Shown piece by piece: positions 27,838 through 37,499 of a stretch of DNA of 64,000 nt. Made by a program: the position numbers and the translations under genes. Each line of letters begins with the position of its first letter. The first letter of the stretch is position 1. The stretch is from a virus (taxonomy: Duplodnaviria > Caudoviricetes), in IMG/VR virus record IMGVR_UViG_3300036802_000003, positions 64,001-128,000 of that record; one strand, 5' to 3'. The notes below the pieces were generated by a model. The model was not told where the DNA came from. It was given only the letters and a program-made list of their open reading frames with translations, and made no database searches.

Positions 27838-29514
27838 ATGCAAATATCCAAAGCACAACTGCAAGAGATGCTAATAAACAAAACACCATCTCTCTATGCA
27901 TTACGACATCGTTTCATCAAGGGAAACCCCCTTACATTCCATAGTACGAAGAATGCAATCAAACATAGACCTTGGCAAATAGACATCCTCAATGACCAGC
28001 ACCCTGATAAGGTAGTACGTAAGTCACGTCAGTTAGGTCTGTCAGAGATGGCTATCACAGAGTTCACATGGTTCTTGGATACTCATCCAAATACTAAGGC
28101 TATGTACACGTTCCCACGTAAAGAGCAAATGGAGGATTTTAGTAACACTCGTATAACTCCTATCTTCACTGAGTCAGACTACTTGAACAGTCGTCTTGAC
28201 CCTAAGATGAACAACGTTCGTCTTAAAAAGCTTACTAACCAGAGTGTATTGTTCCTACGTTCAGCGTGGGGTAGTGCACTGGGTGAGGGTACCGATATTG
28301 ATATGCTAGGACTGGATGAGTATGACCGTATGAAAGATGGAGTAGAGCTAGCCTTCCGTGAGTCTATGAAGTCATCTGCGTATGGTCTAATGAGACGTTG
28401 GAGTACTCCTACTATACCTGGTCGTGGTGTGGATTTACTATTCCAGAAGAGTGACCAACGCTTCTACCACCACAAGTGTGAGAAGTGTGGGCATTGGCAA
28501 TTCCTTACAGTTGAGGATAACATCCTACAGGTTAAGGATGATGGTGTTGATATAGTAAGGGAACAGATAAAGGATGGAACATTCATATTCATTTGTAGTG
28601 GTTGTAAGCAACCTCTTAACCGTTGGCATCAAGGTGAGTACGTAGCAAAGCACCCAGATGTGCATGAGATACGTGGCTACCACATCAGTCAGTTAGATGC
28701 TGTATGGATTAATGCTGATGAGATTATGCGTAACCAATTCCAGTATAAGATTAAGCAATTGTTCTATAACTACGTTATTGGTATACCTTATGCGTCTGAA
28801 GGCTTGCTTATCACTGACCAAGACATACTTGCGTGTAAGAAGTATGAAGAGCCAATAGGTTACAGGGATTATTCAAAGTATCAGAAGATTGTAGCTGGAG
28901 TAGACTGGGGTTACTTCAACTGGATGGTAGTGTTGGGTCTTACTCATGACAACCGTGTAGACCTATTAGACCTGCATTGGGTGGCTGATAACCCTAACAA
29001 ACCTCTAGAGAGCGTTAACATCTTCACAGCCCTATTGAAGCCATTTGACCCTGACGTTATTGTTGCCGATAATGGTTTTGGAGCTGACCGTAATAGTTAC
29101 TTAATGCAACAGTTCCCTGGTAGAGTGTATGCATGTGACTGGGATACCCCAAGGAACTCAATACCTCTAGTGGATGCATGGAATGACAAAGGTAGACGTG
29201 TAAGGGTTGACAAAACTACTAAGATGAAGCGTACTCTATACAACCTGAAAGCAAGAGCAATAGGGATGTTTGGTCAGTGTGAGAAGCTGGACATGTTAAC
29301 CAAGCATTTAAAGAACGTGAGAACTATCATGGAAGAGGAAGATGGAGAAGTGTATGAAAGGGTAACACGTGTAGGTGATGACCACTTAGCCTGTTCATTA
29401 ACATATGCGTATATAGCTCTTGACAGAATACTTGCTCTACATGAGCCTAACACTAACCTTGACTTTGACTTTATGCCAACAGGACAAGGAACACATGGAT
29501 ACGATAGGATGTGA
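27838..29514 (+). CDS. terL: terminase large subunit
   Basis: VVRKSRQLGLSE, LGLDEYD, STPT, Zn-ribbon, VAGVDWG nuclease domain, GDDH. Confidence 0.95.
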   Translation: MQISKAQLQEMLINKTPSLYALRHRFIKGNPLTFHSTKNAIKHRPWQIDILNDQHPDKVVRKSRQLGLSEMAITEFTWFLDTHPNTKAMYTFPRKEQMEDFSNTRITPIFTESDYLNSRLDPKMNNVRLKKLTNQSVLFLRSAWGSALGEGTDIDMLGLDEYDRMKDGVELAFRESMKSSAYGLMRRWSTPTIPGRGVDLLFQKSDQRFYHHKCEKCGHWQFLTVEDNILQVKDDGVDIVREQIKDGTFIFICSGCKQPLNRWHQGEYVAKHPDVHEIRGYHISQLDAVWINADEIMRNQFQYKIKQLFYNYVIGIPYASEGLLITDQDILACKKYEEPIGYRDYSKYQKIVAGVDWGYFNWMVVLGLTHDNRVDLLDLHWVADNPNKPLESVNIFTALLKPFDPDVIVADNGFGADRNSYLMQQFPGRVYACDWDTPRNSIPLVDAWNDKGRRVRVDKTTKMKRTLYNLKARAIGMFGQCEKLDMLTKHLKNVRTIMEEEDGEVYERVTRVGDDHLACSLTYAYIALDRILALHEPNTNLDFDFMPTGQGTHGYDRM

Positions 29515-29518
29515 TGAT

Positions 29519-31375
29519 ATGGAACTGTATATAAACATAAGCAAAGGGATGCACACACTCAACACTGGTAAGCTGACACGTAAGCGTGTAATGGTTAAGG
29601 GGAAGAATGGGAGAACGTTCTATCGTATGCAATGGGTGAATCCATGGGATGCTAGTACTGGTCATGGTGTGAGGGCAATACACAATGGCAAACAGTTAGA
29701 TGAGGCAATACGACATGGCATTACCAGACAGCCTAACCTACAGCAACACCTATCTCATCAAGGTATACACTCAACACTAGACTTAAAGGATAAACTACAC
29801 TTTGACCATCCTCTGTTCTTACCTGAGACAGAGGAATCATCACAAGGGGCAATGTTCTTAGCCAACCATATACAGCATGGTAGTCAGAAGTACCTTGGTA
29901 TGTTTGATAACGACATCTACCAACACTCCAGAGAGATGAGCAAGATAGATGACATAACAGGTATGGAAGAGGCTGAACGCATGAGTTCACTAGGGGCTAA
30001 GCTACCTAGCTCTTTCCTTGAGACCTTAGATGAAGGCTCAACAGTGGATATAGGCTGGTCTGTATCTAAGATGAATGGTGCTGATATGGACAGAGCCAAG
30101 GAGTTAGCTAAGATGACCTATGGTGAGGACAGTATCCAGTATAATGCCATTAAGGATATGGAGCCAGACCCAGATAAGCAAGAGCAAGGGGAACAGAAGG
30201 TAGAGCATGTAATAGAGCCTAAGGATGAGAAGCCTGCATACGGCACACCAGAGGACTACCGCCCACATTACCATACTCATGATGAGAAGATTAACAACAT
30301 GACTGAGTGGCGTAGGGAAGCCACTGAGAAGGAGATGCAAGGGAAGAACAAAAAGGAAGCAATCACCCAGAGTATAGACTTTGATGAGTTGGAGAGTATG
30401 GATGAGGATACAGTAGCTGACATGCTAGAAGACCAAGACAAGTATGGTGACCTGCATGAGCAACATGAGACAGCAATGAAGCATATGCTTAACAGTCAGC
30501 TAGAGGCTGCTAAGGAGTCAGCTAAGGATGTCTTTGGTGAGCTATCACCTACAGCCATTGAGCATGTGTTCAGCTCACCTGAAGGTAAGTATACTGCTCA
30601 CATATCATCCATTAAGCCTGACATAATGAACTTGGGTATGGGCAAGTATGATGTCAACTGGTCTATGAGTATCAAGCTTAAATCAAAGGATGGATACCAT
30701 GCTGGTAACATCAACCGTACAGTTGGACGTGACCATGATGGTTCACTGGTGGTGCATAACGACTTGCTAGAGGTGGATGAGGACTACCAGAACATAGGCA
30801 TTGCAAGCAATGTGTATAACAGAAGTGAACAGATGTGGAAGCATATGGCAAAGGGCAACAAGGTTAAGATAAGCATATGTGCTAACATCACAGTAGGTGC
30901 TTATGCATGGGCTGACAAGAGCAAGGGCTTTGACTTTGCTGATAGCTATGAGCTAAAGGCTGCTAGGTCTGAGCTTAAGGACTTCATAAGTAACAACAAT
31001 TGGGATGAAGAGGAAGTCATGCAAGCCTGTGGATATGAGAATGTGGATGAGCTAGAGCATGCTTGGGAGTTCGCTGAACTGGATGATGGATACAGGTATG
31101 ACCTAACACCACATGCCTTTGAGGATATCAAGGGTGATGCCCACTTGGGCAAGGCATTCATGCTTACTAGTAAGTCCTCATGGGAAGCTGAGAAGCATAT
31201 CAATACTGATGGCAAGGCATACCAAGAGCAACTACGTGATGATAAGGTTGATGACTATCTAGCTGACACAGGGGATGAAGACCTAGACTATCTAGACCTA
31301 GATGATGACATGGATGATATCAGTGATGAAGAGCTAGAGCAATACTCAAGACTAATGGACAAGGAGAAGATGTAG
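29519..31375 (+). CDS. shared-module protein with C-terminal GNAT-like domain (putative head-packaged effector)
   Basis: N-terminal LYINISKG..LNTGKL..RMQW; VDEDYQNIGIA acetyl-CoA-type motif; paralog of 54780-56093. Confidence 0.8.
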   Translation: MELYINISKGMHTLNTGKLTRKRVMVKGKNGRTFYRMQWVNPWDASTGHGVRAIHNGKQLDEAIRHGITRQPNLQQHLSHQGIHSTLDLKDKLHFDHPLFLPETEESSQGAMFLANHIQHGSQKYLGMFDNDIYQHSREMSKIDDITGMEEAERMSSLGAKLPSSFLETLDEGSTVDIGWSVSKMNGADMDRAKELAKMTYGEDSIQYNAIKDMEPDPDKQEQGEQKVEHVIEPKDEKPAYGTPEDYRPHYHTHDEKINNMTEWRREATEKEMQGKNKKEAITQSIDFDELESMDEDTVADMLEDQDKYGDLHEQHETAMKHMLNSQLEAAKESAKDVFGELSPTAIEHVFSSPEGKYTAHISSIKPDIMNLGMGKYDVNWSMSIKLKSKDGYHAGNINRTVGRDHDGSLVVHNDLLEVDEDYQNIGIASNVYNRSEQMWKHMAKGNKVKISICANITVGAYAWADKSKGFDFADSYELKAARSELKDFISNNNWDEEEVMQACGYENVDELEHAWEFAELDDGYRYDLTPHAFEDIKGDAHLGKAFMLTSKSSWEAEKHINTDGKAYQEQLRDDKVDDYLADTGDEDLDYLDLDDDMDDISDEELEQYSRLMDKEKM

Positions 31376-31540
31376 ATGAGTGATAAACTGAGACAGTTCA
31401 CAAGTGTTAAGCCTAAGCATAAGATTGAGGGCACAGAGGGATTAATCAAGACTAAGGATGGCAAGACAATAAGAGATGACAGCTGGCTCCACCCTAGTGC
31501 TGGAGTGAAGAGGAAGAACCCAGAGGTACGGGGTGGGTAG
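31376..31540 (+). CDS. 54-aa basic peptide (not in ORF track), homolog of the N-terminus of 56065-59325
   Basis: AAGGAG RBS; MSDKLR...GTEGL...DDSWLHP. Confidence 0.7.
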   Translation: MSDKLRQFTSVKPKHKIEGTEGLIKTKDGKTIRDDSWLHPSAGVKRKNPEVRGG

Positions 31541-31760
31541 GCACCACCCCCCCCTATCTCTAACCCCCACCCCCTAAAGTTTTCTTTTTTGCCGTAGGTA
31601 GGAGTCCCGTTTCCTTTGGGAGTCTCACACCTGCCCCAACCCGACCGCCTTACACACCAACTTGTATCTTTTCGCATCCCCACATCACCCCCTACCCCCG
31701 ACACTCCCCAATATACCCCCACCCACCTTTTCTAACCCCCCCCACCCTTATTTTCACCCT
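31541..31760. other. C-rich non-coding tract (G-runs on minus strand)
   Basis: More than ten runs of 3-7 C. Confidence 0.75.
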
Positions 31761-31842
31761 ATAAAAAAGTACGTCACCTCCTTTTTCGTAGAAAAGAAAA
31801 CTTTTTTCTTTCGCATTCTTTTTAGTAAGGAGGGAAGAGAGC

Positions 31843-32187
31843 ATGCCTAACATAAAGTCAGAACCACCTACTCTTAACATTCACGGTATGGATATTCCTA
31901 TAATCATACCTGGCAACATGAGATTTCAGATAAGGAATAGAACTGCCTACTTTGAACTGCATAGGATAATGCTACCTAAGGAGCTTATGGGAGTGCTGAC
32001 CAACCATGTGTGGGCTGAAGGATACTTGAAAGTATTCATCGGTGTAATGTTTGCAGGAGAAGAGTATAACTATATGTCCTATAGAGGTCACATAGGAATT
32101 AGTAGCTACGAAGAGAAATCCGTAGAACGAGATATGTTGGTTCTAGAACATGTTCACTTTGTATTACATTTGATAGGAGGAGAATAA
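31843..32187 (+). CDS. tandem paralog array member 1
   Basis: LNIHGMDIP...IMLP. Confidence 0.8.
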   Translation: MPNIKSEPPTLNIHGMDIPIIIPGNMRFQIRNRTAYFELHRIMLPKELMGVLTNHVWAEGYLKVFIGVMFAGEEYNYMSYRGHIGISSYEEKSVERDMLVLEHVHFVLHLIGGE

Positions 32188-32188
32188 A

Positions 32189-32539
32189 ATGGGAATTACT
32201 GTTACTGATAAGAGTAGTCTTACTATTAAAGGCGTAGAGATAGACCACGAGGGGTTAAGGCTGGAAATGGCACCAAATGGAGGGGCTATTATCCATGTCA
32301 AGTCTATAACCTTACCTGAGGGGGACTGGAACCGCATACGAGAAAGTAAGACAGAGGTCTCTGCTATGCATACTAAGACTGTAGTTACTGACGGTAGCAA
32401 AGGGAGCACTTCTATAGCAAACAGAGCATTTACAGGTAAATTAGCTTCTGCTAGCTACTACTCAAAGCATACATCTGATTACATGGACGTTATCGGAGGG
32501 GTTACTCTTCGAGTTAATCCTAGTTGGGTGGTGGAGTAA
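32189..32539 (+). CDS. tandem paralog array member 2
   Basis: LTIKGVEIDH...ITLP. Confidence 0.8.
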   Translation: MGITVTDKSSLTIKGVEIDHEGLRLEMAPNGGAIIHVKSITLPEGDWNRIRESKTEVSAMHTKTVVTDGSKGSTSIANRAFTGKLASASYYSKHTSDYMDVIGGVTLRVNPSWVVE

Positions 32540-32877
32540 TGCACGTAACACACAGTGAGCTAACAATTGATGGGCTAGATATACCACACGTGGCTGAAGA
32601 GATGCTGATATCAGGCAAGGTGTTTCACGTACAATTTATGGGGGATGGTGGAGCTAAGGTATTCAACGATAATCTAACTATCCCTACCTACATCTATGAG
32701 AGGCAGGCAGAAGGGTTACCGTTTAAGCTAGTTCGACACTACAACTTTGGTGCCACTACAGGCACTATCACTACACAGGGAATGCTTAGATACATCCACT
32801 GTGAGGACAGTCACAATCCGACAGAAGGTAGTATTCATCTGTCAAAAGCTGTCTTTAGAATAGAGGAGGCACTATAA
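32539..32877 (+). CDS. tandem paralog array member 3
   Basis: LTIDGLDIPH...LTIP. Confidence 0.8.
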   Translation: MHVTHSELTIDGLDIPHVAEEMLISGKVFHVQFMGDGGAKVFNDNLTIPTYIYERQAEGLPFKLVRHYNFGATTGTITTQGMLRYIHCEDSHNPTEGSIHLSKAVFRIEEAL

Positions 32878-33233
32878 TGGAAGTAAGCACGCTAGCAATT
32901 GGTGGGTTTAATATACCCCATACTCAAAAGGCTGATTTGGTATTGGGCAAGCCCTTTTATATTGAAAGAGTACTAGGAGACAGATGGGACATATTCACTC
33001 ATAGTATTACTCTGCCTGCTGGCTTATATGATAAGATAAATGAGCCAGGTGGTCGTCAGCACTTTGCCTTACTACACCAAGCATCTCCAGAGGATAAAGA
33101 GAACTATACCCTGCATCAGGGATTCACTGAATACTGTGCTGCTACTACAGTGGAACGTGACGGAGACAGTGTTCATTTAAAACAAGCACGTTTCCGTATT
33201 ACTCCATACTTAGGGAGGAAAAGTGATGAGTAA
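32877..33233 (+). CDS. tandem paralog array member 4
   Basis: LAIGGFNIPH...ITLP. Confidence 0.8.
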   Translation: MEVSTLAIGGFNIPHTQKADLVLGKPFYIERVLGDRWDIFTHSITLPAGLYDKINEPGGRQHFALLHQASPEDKENYTLHQGFTEYCAATTVERDGDSVHLKQARFRITPYLGRKSDE

Positions 33234-33540
33234 ATCTATTGTCTTGTTTGGTACTACTTCTGTCGTTCACAGGGGATGTTCTGTTGAGGTATTGCCTGAT
33301 GGGGGTGCCTTGGTGAGAGTGGATAGGATGACCATCCCAGCAGACCTATGGAACAAGTCCATTTGTGACAGGGACTTTAGGGTAAAGATAATTCTCTCTA
33401 AGGAGGAACATGTTGTAGGTACATCAGGTATAGTAACTAGTGCAACCTATGACAAGGGAGATGGCATTCAGAACCTAGGAGTAATGAGAAATGTATCCCT
33501 TGGCTTGGCACGAGTGATACAATCAGGAGGTGGCAGATAA
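33226..33540 (+). CDS. tandem paralog array member 5
   Basis: IVLFGTTSVVH...MTIP. Confidence 0.75.
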   Translation: MSKSIVLFGTTSVVHRGCSVEVLPDGGALVRVDRMTIPADLWNKSICDRDFRVKIILSKEEHVVGTSGIVTSATYDKGDGIQNLGVMRNVSLGLARVIQSGGGR

Positions 33541-33890
33541 TGGCTAACCAAGAAGTAGACTTATCCTTCATGCATAGATTTAAGAGAGAAATGGAAGTAG
33601 TACCCTCTAACCTATGGTTGGGAGGGGTAGAAATCAAGCATCAAATGGAGCCACAAATGATAGACCTTAGCAGCCCTTTATCAACACATGTCAGAATAAA
33701 GAGAATGGTTATTCCTACACCAATCATGGATTCTTTTATGAATAATGAGATAGTCAGCTTTAAACTAGAGCACACCAGTAATACTCATGCTTTGGAAGGG
33801 GAATGTTGCTTACACTCCTGCATGGAGGGTCATGCTAGCAACCACTACCGAGCATTAGAAGATGTACTACTAACCGTCAGAGTTAAATGA
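33540..33890 (+). CDS. tandem paralog array member 6
   Basis: LWLGGVEIKH...MVIP. Confidence 0.8.
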   Translation: MANQEVDLSFMHRFKREMEVVPSNLWLGGVEIKHQMEPQMIDLSSPLSTHVRIKRMVIPTPIMDSFMNNEIVSFKLEHTSNTHALEGECCLHSCMEGHASNHYRALEDVLLTVRVK

Positions 33891-33948
33891 TACGAGGGAG
33901 AGGACTTTTGGTCTTCTCCTTCTTTTAATGTGAAGGGAGGGAGAGACG

Positions 33949-34158
33949 ATGAAGAAGGTGGAAAACATAGAGTGGGCTGGACATTGTGCCGAGTGCTTTA
34001 CGTGTGGGGCGTTTGCACCTAATATGAAGGAGTTCCACAAGCAATTAGACAAAGGACATTGGAGTAAGCGTCCATTAGCAGTAAACAATATGAGAATCAG
34101 TCAGCAATATATGCATAACTGTGAGAAAGCAAAGGAGGATAACAATGGGCAATTATAA
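33949..34158 (+). CDS. small Cys/His hypothetical protein
   Basis: GGGAGG RBS; CFTC. Confidence 0.65.
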   Translation: MKKVENIEWAGHCAECFTCGAFAPNMKEFHKQLDKGHWSKRPLAVNNMRISQQYMHNCEKAKEDNNGQL

Positions 34159-34450
34159 AGGAGCGCATCCGTGTCTATACTGGCACTTAAAGCCAGGGTA
34201 TTTCATGTACATGACTTCTGGTGTGAAGAAACAGATTAAGCTATTTGGTATTCCATTATTTAAGGTTAGGAAGTGGGAAATGTTTGAGGTACTAGACACA
34301 TCAGATAAGCGTGATGGCATGATAACAGTGCACGCTAAAGGTACTGAAACTGGCATAGAAATGAAGTTTACTCGTCGTAGCACAGCAGAGACAAGCTATT
34401 ATGTTATAGAGAAAACTGAAATTATTAAGCAAGGAGTGATTGACGTATGA
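34145..34450 (+). CDS. hypothetical protein
   Basis: AAGGAGG RBS before ATG 34145. Confidence 0.75.
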   Translation: MGNYKGAHPCLYWHLKPGYFMYMTSGVKKQIKLFGIPLFKVRKWEMFEVLDTSDKRDGMITVHAKGTETGIEMKFTRRSTAETSYYVIEKTEIIKQGVIDV

Positions 34451-34770
34451 GAAAGTCACTAATAGGCTTGGGAGTGTTTGCTTTACTAATAGCTGGGTGC
34501 TCTACTGGTGCTGAAGCTAAGAAGAAAGAGAAGGAACGTCCTCTAATGAGCTACCGTGATAAGCAGTTTAAGAACGATACTGGTCCAGGGTATACCTTTA
34601 ATAACTGGGTTGTGGACACACGTACAGGTTGCTTAATATCCTCTGTTGCTTGGGGCAAGGATGATTCAGGGATGACACAGGTTTTAGACCCAGAAGGTAA
34701 GCCTGTAGGGTGTTACAAAGCTGGTGGGATGTCTGTAGAAGATTACTTCAACCTACCACAGGATAAATAG
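34447..34770 (+). CDS. lipoprotein
   Basis: Signal peptide with lipobox LIAGC. Confidence 0.8.
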   Translation: MRKSLIGLGVFALLIAGCSTGAEAKKKEKERPLMSYRDKQFKNDTGPGYTFNNWVVDTRTGCLISSVAWGKDDSGMTQVLDPEGKPVGCYKAGGMSVEDYFNLPQDK

Positions 34771-34781
34771 GAGGTAAGGAG

Positions 34782-35045
34782 ATGAGCAGAATCATGACAC
34801 CATTCTTTGGTAAGTGGGATGATAATGAAGACAAGAATACTGTGGAACCTAAAGAACCTAGCCAACCTAGAAAGCATGTAAATATGTCAGAGAAGGACTT
34901 CAGGGTATCAGTATTAAAAGGTCTTGTAGCAATTGAGCATGCAATTCGTACTGGTAATAGACACTACTGGGCAAGTGATATGGAGATGGCAGTGCGCATG
35001 GCACAGTCTATGAGGGAGGATGATGGTAATGAACAAGGCAGTTAA
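34782..35045 (+). CDS. hypothetical protein
   Basis: ORF with RBS. Confidence 0.7.
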   Translation: MSRIMTPFFGKWDDNEDKNTVEPKEPSQPRKHVNMSEKDFRVSVLKGLVAIEHAIRTGNRHYWASDMEMAVRMAQSMREDDGNEQGS

Positions 35046-35340
35046 GGTACTGGAAGCTCTTATGTATGGTATTGATGTGAAGATGGATGGTCATGAATTA
35101 GTCTACTCTAGGGAGCATGAAGGGGTATTCATTAAGGGTGAGAAGTTTGAGCATGGTCAATTAGTCGAGCAAGGCAAAGGTACTCCAGTGCTACTAAATG
35201 CCGACTTTGACCTTAACTATTTCATTCGTAAGTGTGAAGAGATGCCTGACCATGAGATACTAGGTATCTGTGGCAGTCTTGCACTTACTAAACAGGTTCA
35301 TGCTAAGAGGAAGCCTAGGAAGGGGGTAGGGGATGAATAA
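35020..35340 (+). CDS. hypothetical protein
   Basis: ORF with RBS. Confidence 0.7.
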   Translation: MMVMNKAVKVLEALMYGIDVKMDGHELVYSREHEGVFIKGEKFEHGQLVEQGKGTPVLLNADFDLNYFIRKCEEMPDHEILGICGSLALTKQVHAKRKPRKGVGDE

Positions 35341-35463
35341 GGTAACTATTGCCTACTTTGTTGTAGTTGCTGTACTGGTTTGTGCCTTCTTCTACTGCAT
35401 GGGCAGGTCAGATGGTAACATGGAAATGTATCATAAACTGGTAGAGGAAGGGCTGATAAAGGA

Positions 35464-35661
35464 ATGAAGTACTTCTGGGGTGGTTTTGCTGGTGCTTTCT
35501 TGTGTGTAATCGTTAGCTTGGGAACGTGGTCAGTATTAGATTCTCTGTATGATAAAGGCTATGACAAAGGCGTTAAGGTAGGCATCGAGCAAGGCAAGAA
35601 GGATGCTATGAAAGACATTGAACTTAGCTACGATATGTGTGTTAAGAAGAAAGGGGAGTAA
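35464..35661 (+). CDS. small membrane protein
   Basis: N-terminal TM helix; GxxxG repeats. Confidence 0.7.
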   Translation: MKYFWGGFAGAFLCVIVSLGTWSVLDSLYDKGYDKGVKVGIEQGKKDAMKDIELSYDMCVKKKGE

Positions 35662-35664
35662 CAC

Positions 35665-35970
35665 ATGCAGGTAATATTTGCATTAGCTTTAGCTGCCTGT
35701 ATAGGCATGACATACTTCACAGACAACATGGCAGTCATAACCCTAGTTATTATTATTAACAGTATCTTTGCTCTGTTTGTGCTGAAAAATGAGGATTTAG
35801 CCTACCCTTCCACGTTCCTGTTAGTTACAGGGATAGTGGTTGGTCTGGTTGGAATGTGCCTAGCAATTATACTAGGCAATTACTATCTCATAGTTCTTGC
35901 ACTACCTTGGAGCGGTCTAGTAGTAAGTAGCTTTATACTAATGTTTAAAGAAGATAGGAGTGAATGGTAA
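35665..35970 (+). CDS. multi-TM membrane protein
   Basis: About four hydrophobic segments. Confidence 0.75.
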   Translation: MQVIFALALAACIGMTYFTDNMAVITLVIIINSIFALFVLKNEDLAYPSTFLLVTGIVVGLVGMCLAIILGNYYLIVLALPWSGLVVSSFILMFKEDRSEW

Positions 35971-36239
35971 TGAGAACAATGGACATGAAAATAGTAGATG
36001 AAAATGGGGTACTGGTAAACAAGCATAGTGATGGAGGTGACCATTATGGATGGGAAAACCCATTAGCTTTTGTACCAAGAGAAGGTGAGCTATTGACTCA
36101 TAAGAGATTTAGTCGAGAAGGAACTGGAGAGGAAAAGACCTACCGAGTTATTCGGGTGGTATATCACACTGAAGAAGATTATAACCATTCTTATAAGGGT
36201 TGGGTTGAGATTCGGGTTAGTGAGGTGACAGGAGCATGA
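35964..36239 (+). CDS. hypothetical protein
   Basis: ORF. Confidence 0.7.
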   Translation: MVMRTMDMKIVDENGVLVNKHSDGGDHYGWENPLAFVPREGELLTHKRFSREGTGEEKTYRVIRVVYHTEEDYNHSYKGWVEIRVSEVTGA

Positions 36240-36589
36240 AGCCATTCCTAGGTGAGGAGTTTCATCTAGATAAGAATACAGCTATCACGATGCTTGGAAT
36301 TAGCCTAAGGTTTTCATCTCGTATGCAACCTGTATATACTAATGGAATCAACGCTGAACCCCCTAGACAGGTTGACAGTCTTGATGGTCATATAAAGATA
36401 CAACAACGTAGTAAGGGTAACGAGGAGGTATGTAGGATATTTGGTAGTGCTCCACGTAGACGCTCTCATCTAGATGTACACGATATATCTATCCGTGAGC
36501 TTCCTTGGGAGCTACAAGAAAAGCTAGTAAATACCTGGGCTGAAGTGGAGAAGTACTTAAAAGATAGGACTAAGAAGGAGGAAGATTAA
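36236..36589 (+). CDS. hypothetical protein
   Basis: ATGA coupling. Confidence 0.7.
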   Translation: MKPFLGEEFHLDKNTAITMLGISLRFSSRMQPVYTNGINAEPPRQVDSLDGHIKIQQRSKGNEEVCRIFGSAPRRRSHLDVHDISIRELPWELQEKLVNTWAEVEKYLKDRTKKEED

Positions 36590-36822
36590 TGCTGATAGCA
36601 AGACTGACTCTACTATTCACTATTCTTGGTATGATGGGTGGAGCAATATATTTATTTACTCAAGGAGGTATAGGGTACTTCTTTGGCGCTATCTTGATGA
36701 TAGTAGCAGCCTACTTTGCAGAGGACTTCTATACTGATGAGAGCAAGAAGCCAGTCATGGTTACTATTGACCCTAAGGGCGACTGGAAACCAGTAAAAGG
36801 AGATGACACAAAATGGAAATAA
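36589..36822 (+). CDS. membrane protein, 2 TM
   Basis: Hydrophobic hairpin. Confidence 0.7.
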   Translation: MLIARLTLLFTILGMMGGAIYLFTQGGIGYFFGAILMIVAAYFAEDFYTDESKKPVMVTIDPKGDWKPVKGDDTKWK

Positions 36823-37130
36823 GAATCCCAGTTAAGAAAGAACCAGTTAGTAGCACCCCTTTACCAGAGAGGGTTGGAACTATAATAGTAGATGAAGATA
36901 CTGGACAAGCTTATCTGTTGGCAGTAAACCCTGCCGACCAAAACACTCCATACTTGGCTAGTTTGTACGGAGATAAGTACTGGACTATACAGAGAACTCA
37001 TTCTGAACCATGTGAACAGTTGTGTTACGGAGATATTGAGAATACTCTAGGAACTCCTGAAATCACACTATACACAACAGAAGAATACGTTTTAGACTTG
37101 GTAGCAAAGAAAAGACAAAAGCGCTCTTAG
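36813..37130 (+). CDS. hypothetical protein, paralog of 37218-37499
   Basis: GTIIVD..YLL..IExxLGT..T.EEY.L.LV. Confidence 0.75.
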   Translation: MEIRIPVKKEPVSSTPLPERVGTIIVDEDTGQAYLLAVNPADQNTPYLASLYGDKYWTIQRTHSEPCEQLCYGDIENTLGTPEITLYTTEEYVLDLVAKKRQKRS

Positions 37131-37217
37131 GAGTGCTTTTTCTTTTTGTATGAGACTTTTTCCATATAAAGGAAATTAATAATTGCTGGACGATACTTAA
37201 TTAAGGGAGCGGATTGT

Positions 37218-37499
37218 ATGCAAGTGATTGCACCTAAAGAAACTGTTGTGTCTCAGATTCCTATTGGTAGTGTTATTATTGACAGTGCTGGGTTCGAATA
37301 TCTTTTAACTGGACGTATGGCTGAAGAGGTTGGGGAGTATGATAAAGCTGTCCTACATAGATTCAGTGGTCAAGGTCGCCATGAGTGGGGTCATGACCTA
37401 TCTAAGCCTGTAGCTCCTGAAGAGATAGAAGGGGCACTGGGTACCAGCTTCAAAGTATTCACTCCAGATGAGTATATGTTACAGTTAGTTAAGAAATAG
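37218..37499 (+). CDS. hypothetical protein, paralog of 36813-37130
   Basis: GSVIID..YLL..IExxLGT..T.DEY.L.LV. Confidence 0.75.
   Translation: MQVIAPKETVVSQIPIGSVIIDSAGFEYLLTGRMAEEVGEYDKAVLHRFSGQGRHEWGHDLSKPVAPEEIEGALGTSFKVFTPDEYMLQLVKK

Noticed and set aside
27838-29514. Intron or intein in the terminase
   Set aside because: Continuous 558-aa ORF with motifs at normal spacing.
29420-29518. N-terminal LTLTLTLT extension of the 651-aa ORF
   Set aside because: Overlaps the terL 3' end; ATG 29519 aligns with the start of paralog 54780.
31288-31880. Gly- or Pro-rich ORFs across the C-rich tract
   Set aside because: Translation artefacts of poly-C/poly-G runs.
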